DNA of 64,000 bases from Eledone cirrhosa (lineage: Eukaryota). Shown here piece after piece: positions 62,001 to 64,000 of this stretch. The position numbers and the translations under genes were made by a program. The stretch spans positions 23,684,001-23,748,000 of the forward strand of contig OZ024761.1 of NCBI GenBank assembly GCA_964016885.1, given 5' to 3'. The notes under the pieces are model-generated. The model searched no databases and had not been told where the DNA came from. It saw only the letters and a list, made by a program, of their open reading frames with translations. Every line of letters starts with the position of its first letter. Position 1 is the stretch's first letter.

Positions 62001-64000
62001 TACACGTATGTATATATATAGATAATTATTCGTAATAGGTGATGTGTAAGTAAACCCTATATACATTTACGTGTGTCTACTATACACACGTATGTATATA
62101 TAGATAATCATTCCCAATAGGTGATGTGTAAGTAAACCCTATATACACGGATGCATATATAGATAATTATTCCTAATAGGTGATGTGTAAGTAAACCCTA
62201 TATACATTTACGTGTGTCTACTATACACACGGAGGTGATATGTAAGTAAACCTCATATACACGGATGTATATATAGATAATGTGTAAGGAAACCCTATAT
62301 ATATATTTACGTGTGTCTGCTATAAACACGGATGTATATATATAGATAATCATTCCAAATACGTGATATGTAAGTAAACCCTATATATACATGGATGTAT
62401 ATATATATAGATAATTACTCCTAGTAGGTGATATGTAAGTAAACTCTTTATATACTGATCATGTGTATATAAAAACCTGTTCTCTGTAGAAAAGAAGCAA
62501 GTAAGTAATCCTTCTCTATACATTACATACACAGTTACTGCTGTTGTCTAGAGTACAGCATACATATAGTGTGCCCCTATATACACTGATTATGTGTATA
62601 TAAACAATTCTTATCTATAGAGAAGAAACAATTCAGTAAGTGATCTCTATATACACTGTTAGTTTCTAAATAAAGAAACTTCATATGTATTTATTTCTAC
62701 TCGGTAAGTATACACTTACTAGGTGTATATAGATTAATTCTCTCCAGAAGTAATAACAATGTATATACTTCTGCCTAGAGAAGCCATCTCTATATATACA
62801 CAAACACTTACCATTATAATCCTAGTTTCTCTCCTTTAGAAACTTTATATATACTTACCTCCTCTTTAATACACCTTATTAAGAAACAACTAAACACACA
62901 TTTAATACGTATACATTCTTTATTTACAGGAACTTGGTTATTCCCACAACATCACTTGGAGGCTGAACATCTATAAAAGGAAATCATTTATATACGTTAT
63001 CAATAAAAAGAATATAAAACTATTCCTATTTTGTGTCTTATTACTACAGTGATAGAGGTATGTATCATAAAAGAAACTCAGAATGTTTCTTAAATGAGGT
63101 ATATACAGTGTACTTACCTATCCATGAAGTTTCTAAAGAAAGAAACCAATAATTCTCTATAGAGAATTAATTATATACACATAATCAGTGTATACAGTTA
63201 CATCTCCTTTTTCTAAAGGAGGAAACTTGGAATGTATATTATAGGGTCTACTTACTTGATCATTTCTTCTCTATAGAGAAGTGTCACCTCCATACACGTA
63301 ATAAGTGTATATAGAGGTTACCTACCTAAGGTAAAGAATATAAATATTCCTACAGTAGGTGTGTATATAGAGTTTACTTACATATCACTAATTATATATA
63401 TATATGAAGTTTCTAAATAAGGAAACTAAGAGTGTGTGTATATATATAGAGAGAGAGACACACATGCTGTATTCTATAGAATACTACAATAAGTATGTAT
63501 ATAATAAATACAGAGTTTACTTACTTACGTGTAGAGTTTCTTATATAAAGAAACACTTATCGTGTGTGTATATAGCGTACTTAATTGTTTCTAATATGGG
63601 TATGTTATTATCCAAAGTGGTAAATGAAGGTCTGTGTATATTGATTAGGATGTACTAAGAAGAATGCAAGTCTCTAAAGAAGCTCAGAATGTATGATTAC
63701 TACTACAACAGAGTTATATGGGGTTCCTAAAGAAAGAATATACATATAGATTACAGTGTGTATATAATTCTAACTAGACAATAACATTTATACTCGTAGG
63801 TTAAGTATATCATTACATGCCTATGAATGAAACTAGTTTTCTCTTTATTAAAGGAATCAGGTTCCTTACAGGCACCAAGTGTGTATATAGAGTTTCTTAA
63901 GAAAGAAATAGCTTCTATATGATATAGTTGTATTAGAATACAGTTTCTTATCTTGTGCAAACATGGTGTGGGTCTGTTTTCTATAAGGTATGTACCGTGG
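59097..64000. mobile_element. Second copy of the foldback element (left arm, centre ~62875-63050, start of right arm; runs off the window)
   Basis: Collinear with 47499 onward; 63840-63935 is the reverse complement of 49470-49570. Confidence 0.8.

Larger units (their letters stand above)
53418..64000 (+). repeat. Second unit of a ~14-kb tandem segmental duplication (first unit 39462-53417)
   Basis: Same order in both units: RTE, GATC exons, MITEs, satellite, foldback. Confidence 0.9.

Overview
Repeat-rich eukaryotic genomic DNA, probably an octopus or other coleoid cephalopod. This is inferred from abundant (TA)n/(CAT)n microsatellites, tRNA-head SINEs with RTE tails and RTE LINEs. There is one 200-N gap (9122-9321). 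Four spliced genes were reconstructed by hand from GT-AG junctions: ALKBH4 (exons 1-2, minus strand, continuing off the left edge), a KCTD10/KCTD13/TNFAIP1-family BTB gene (5 exons, plus, 287 aa), TRIAP1/Mdm35 (2 exons, minus) and mitochondrial GATC (4 exons, plus, 137 aa, head-to-head with TRIAP1). The right part is a ~14-kb tandem duplication (39462-53417 repeated from 53418 onward); its second copy carries a 5'-deleted GATC. Three things stand out. (i) Several minimal type-I hammerhead ribozyme folds occur in small (TA)n-embedded, partly inverted Penelope-like/retrozyme-like modules, two of them tandem and sense within the TRIAP1 intron. (ii) A 255-bp-arm palindrome in the ALKBH4 intron carries a hammerhead fold on each strand. 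(iii) A ~6-kb ORF-less foldback element has splice donors in both arms and a central segment that reads as acceptor plus AATAAA on both strands. Repeat boundaries are approximate, and all calls were made by eye without database searches.
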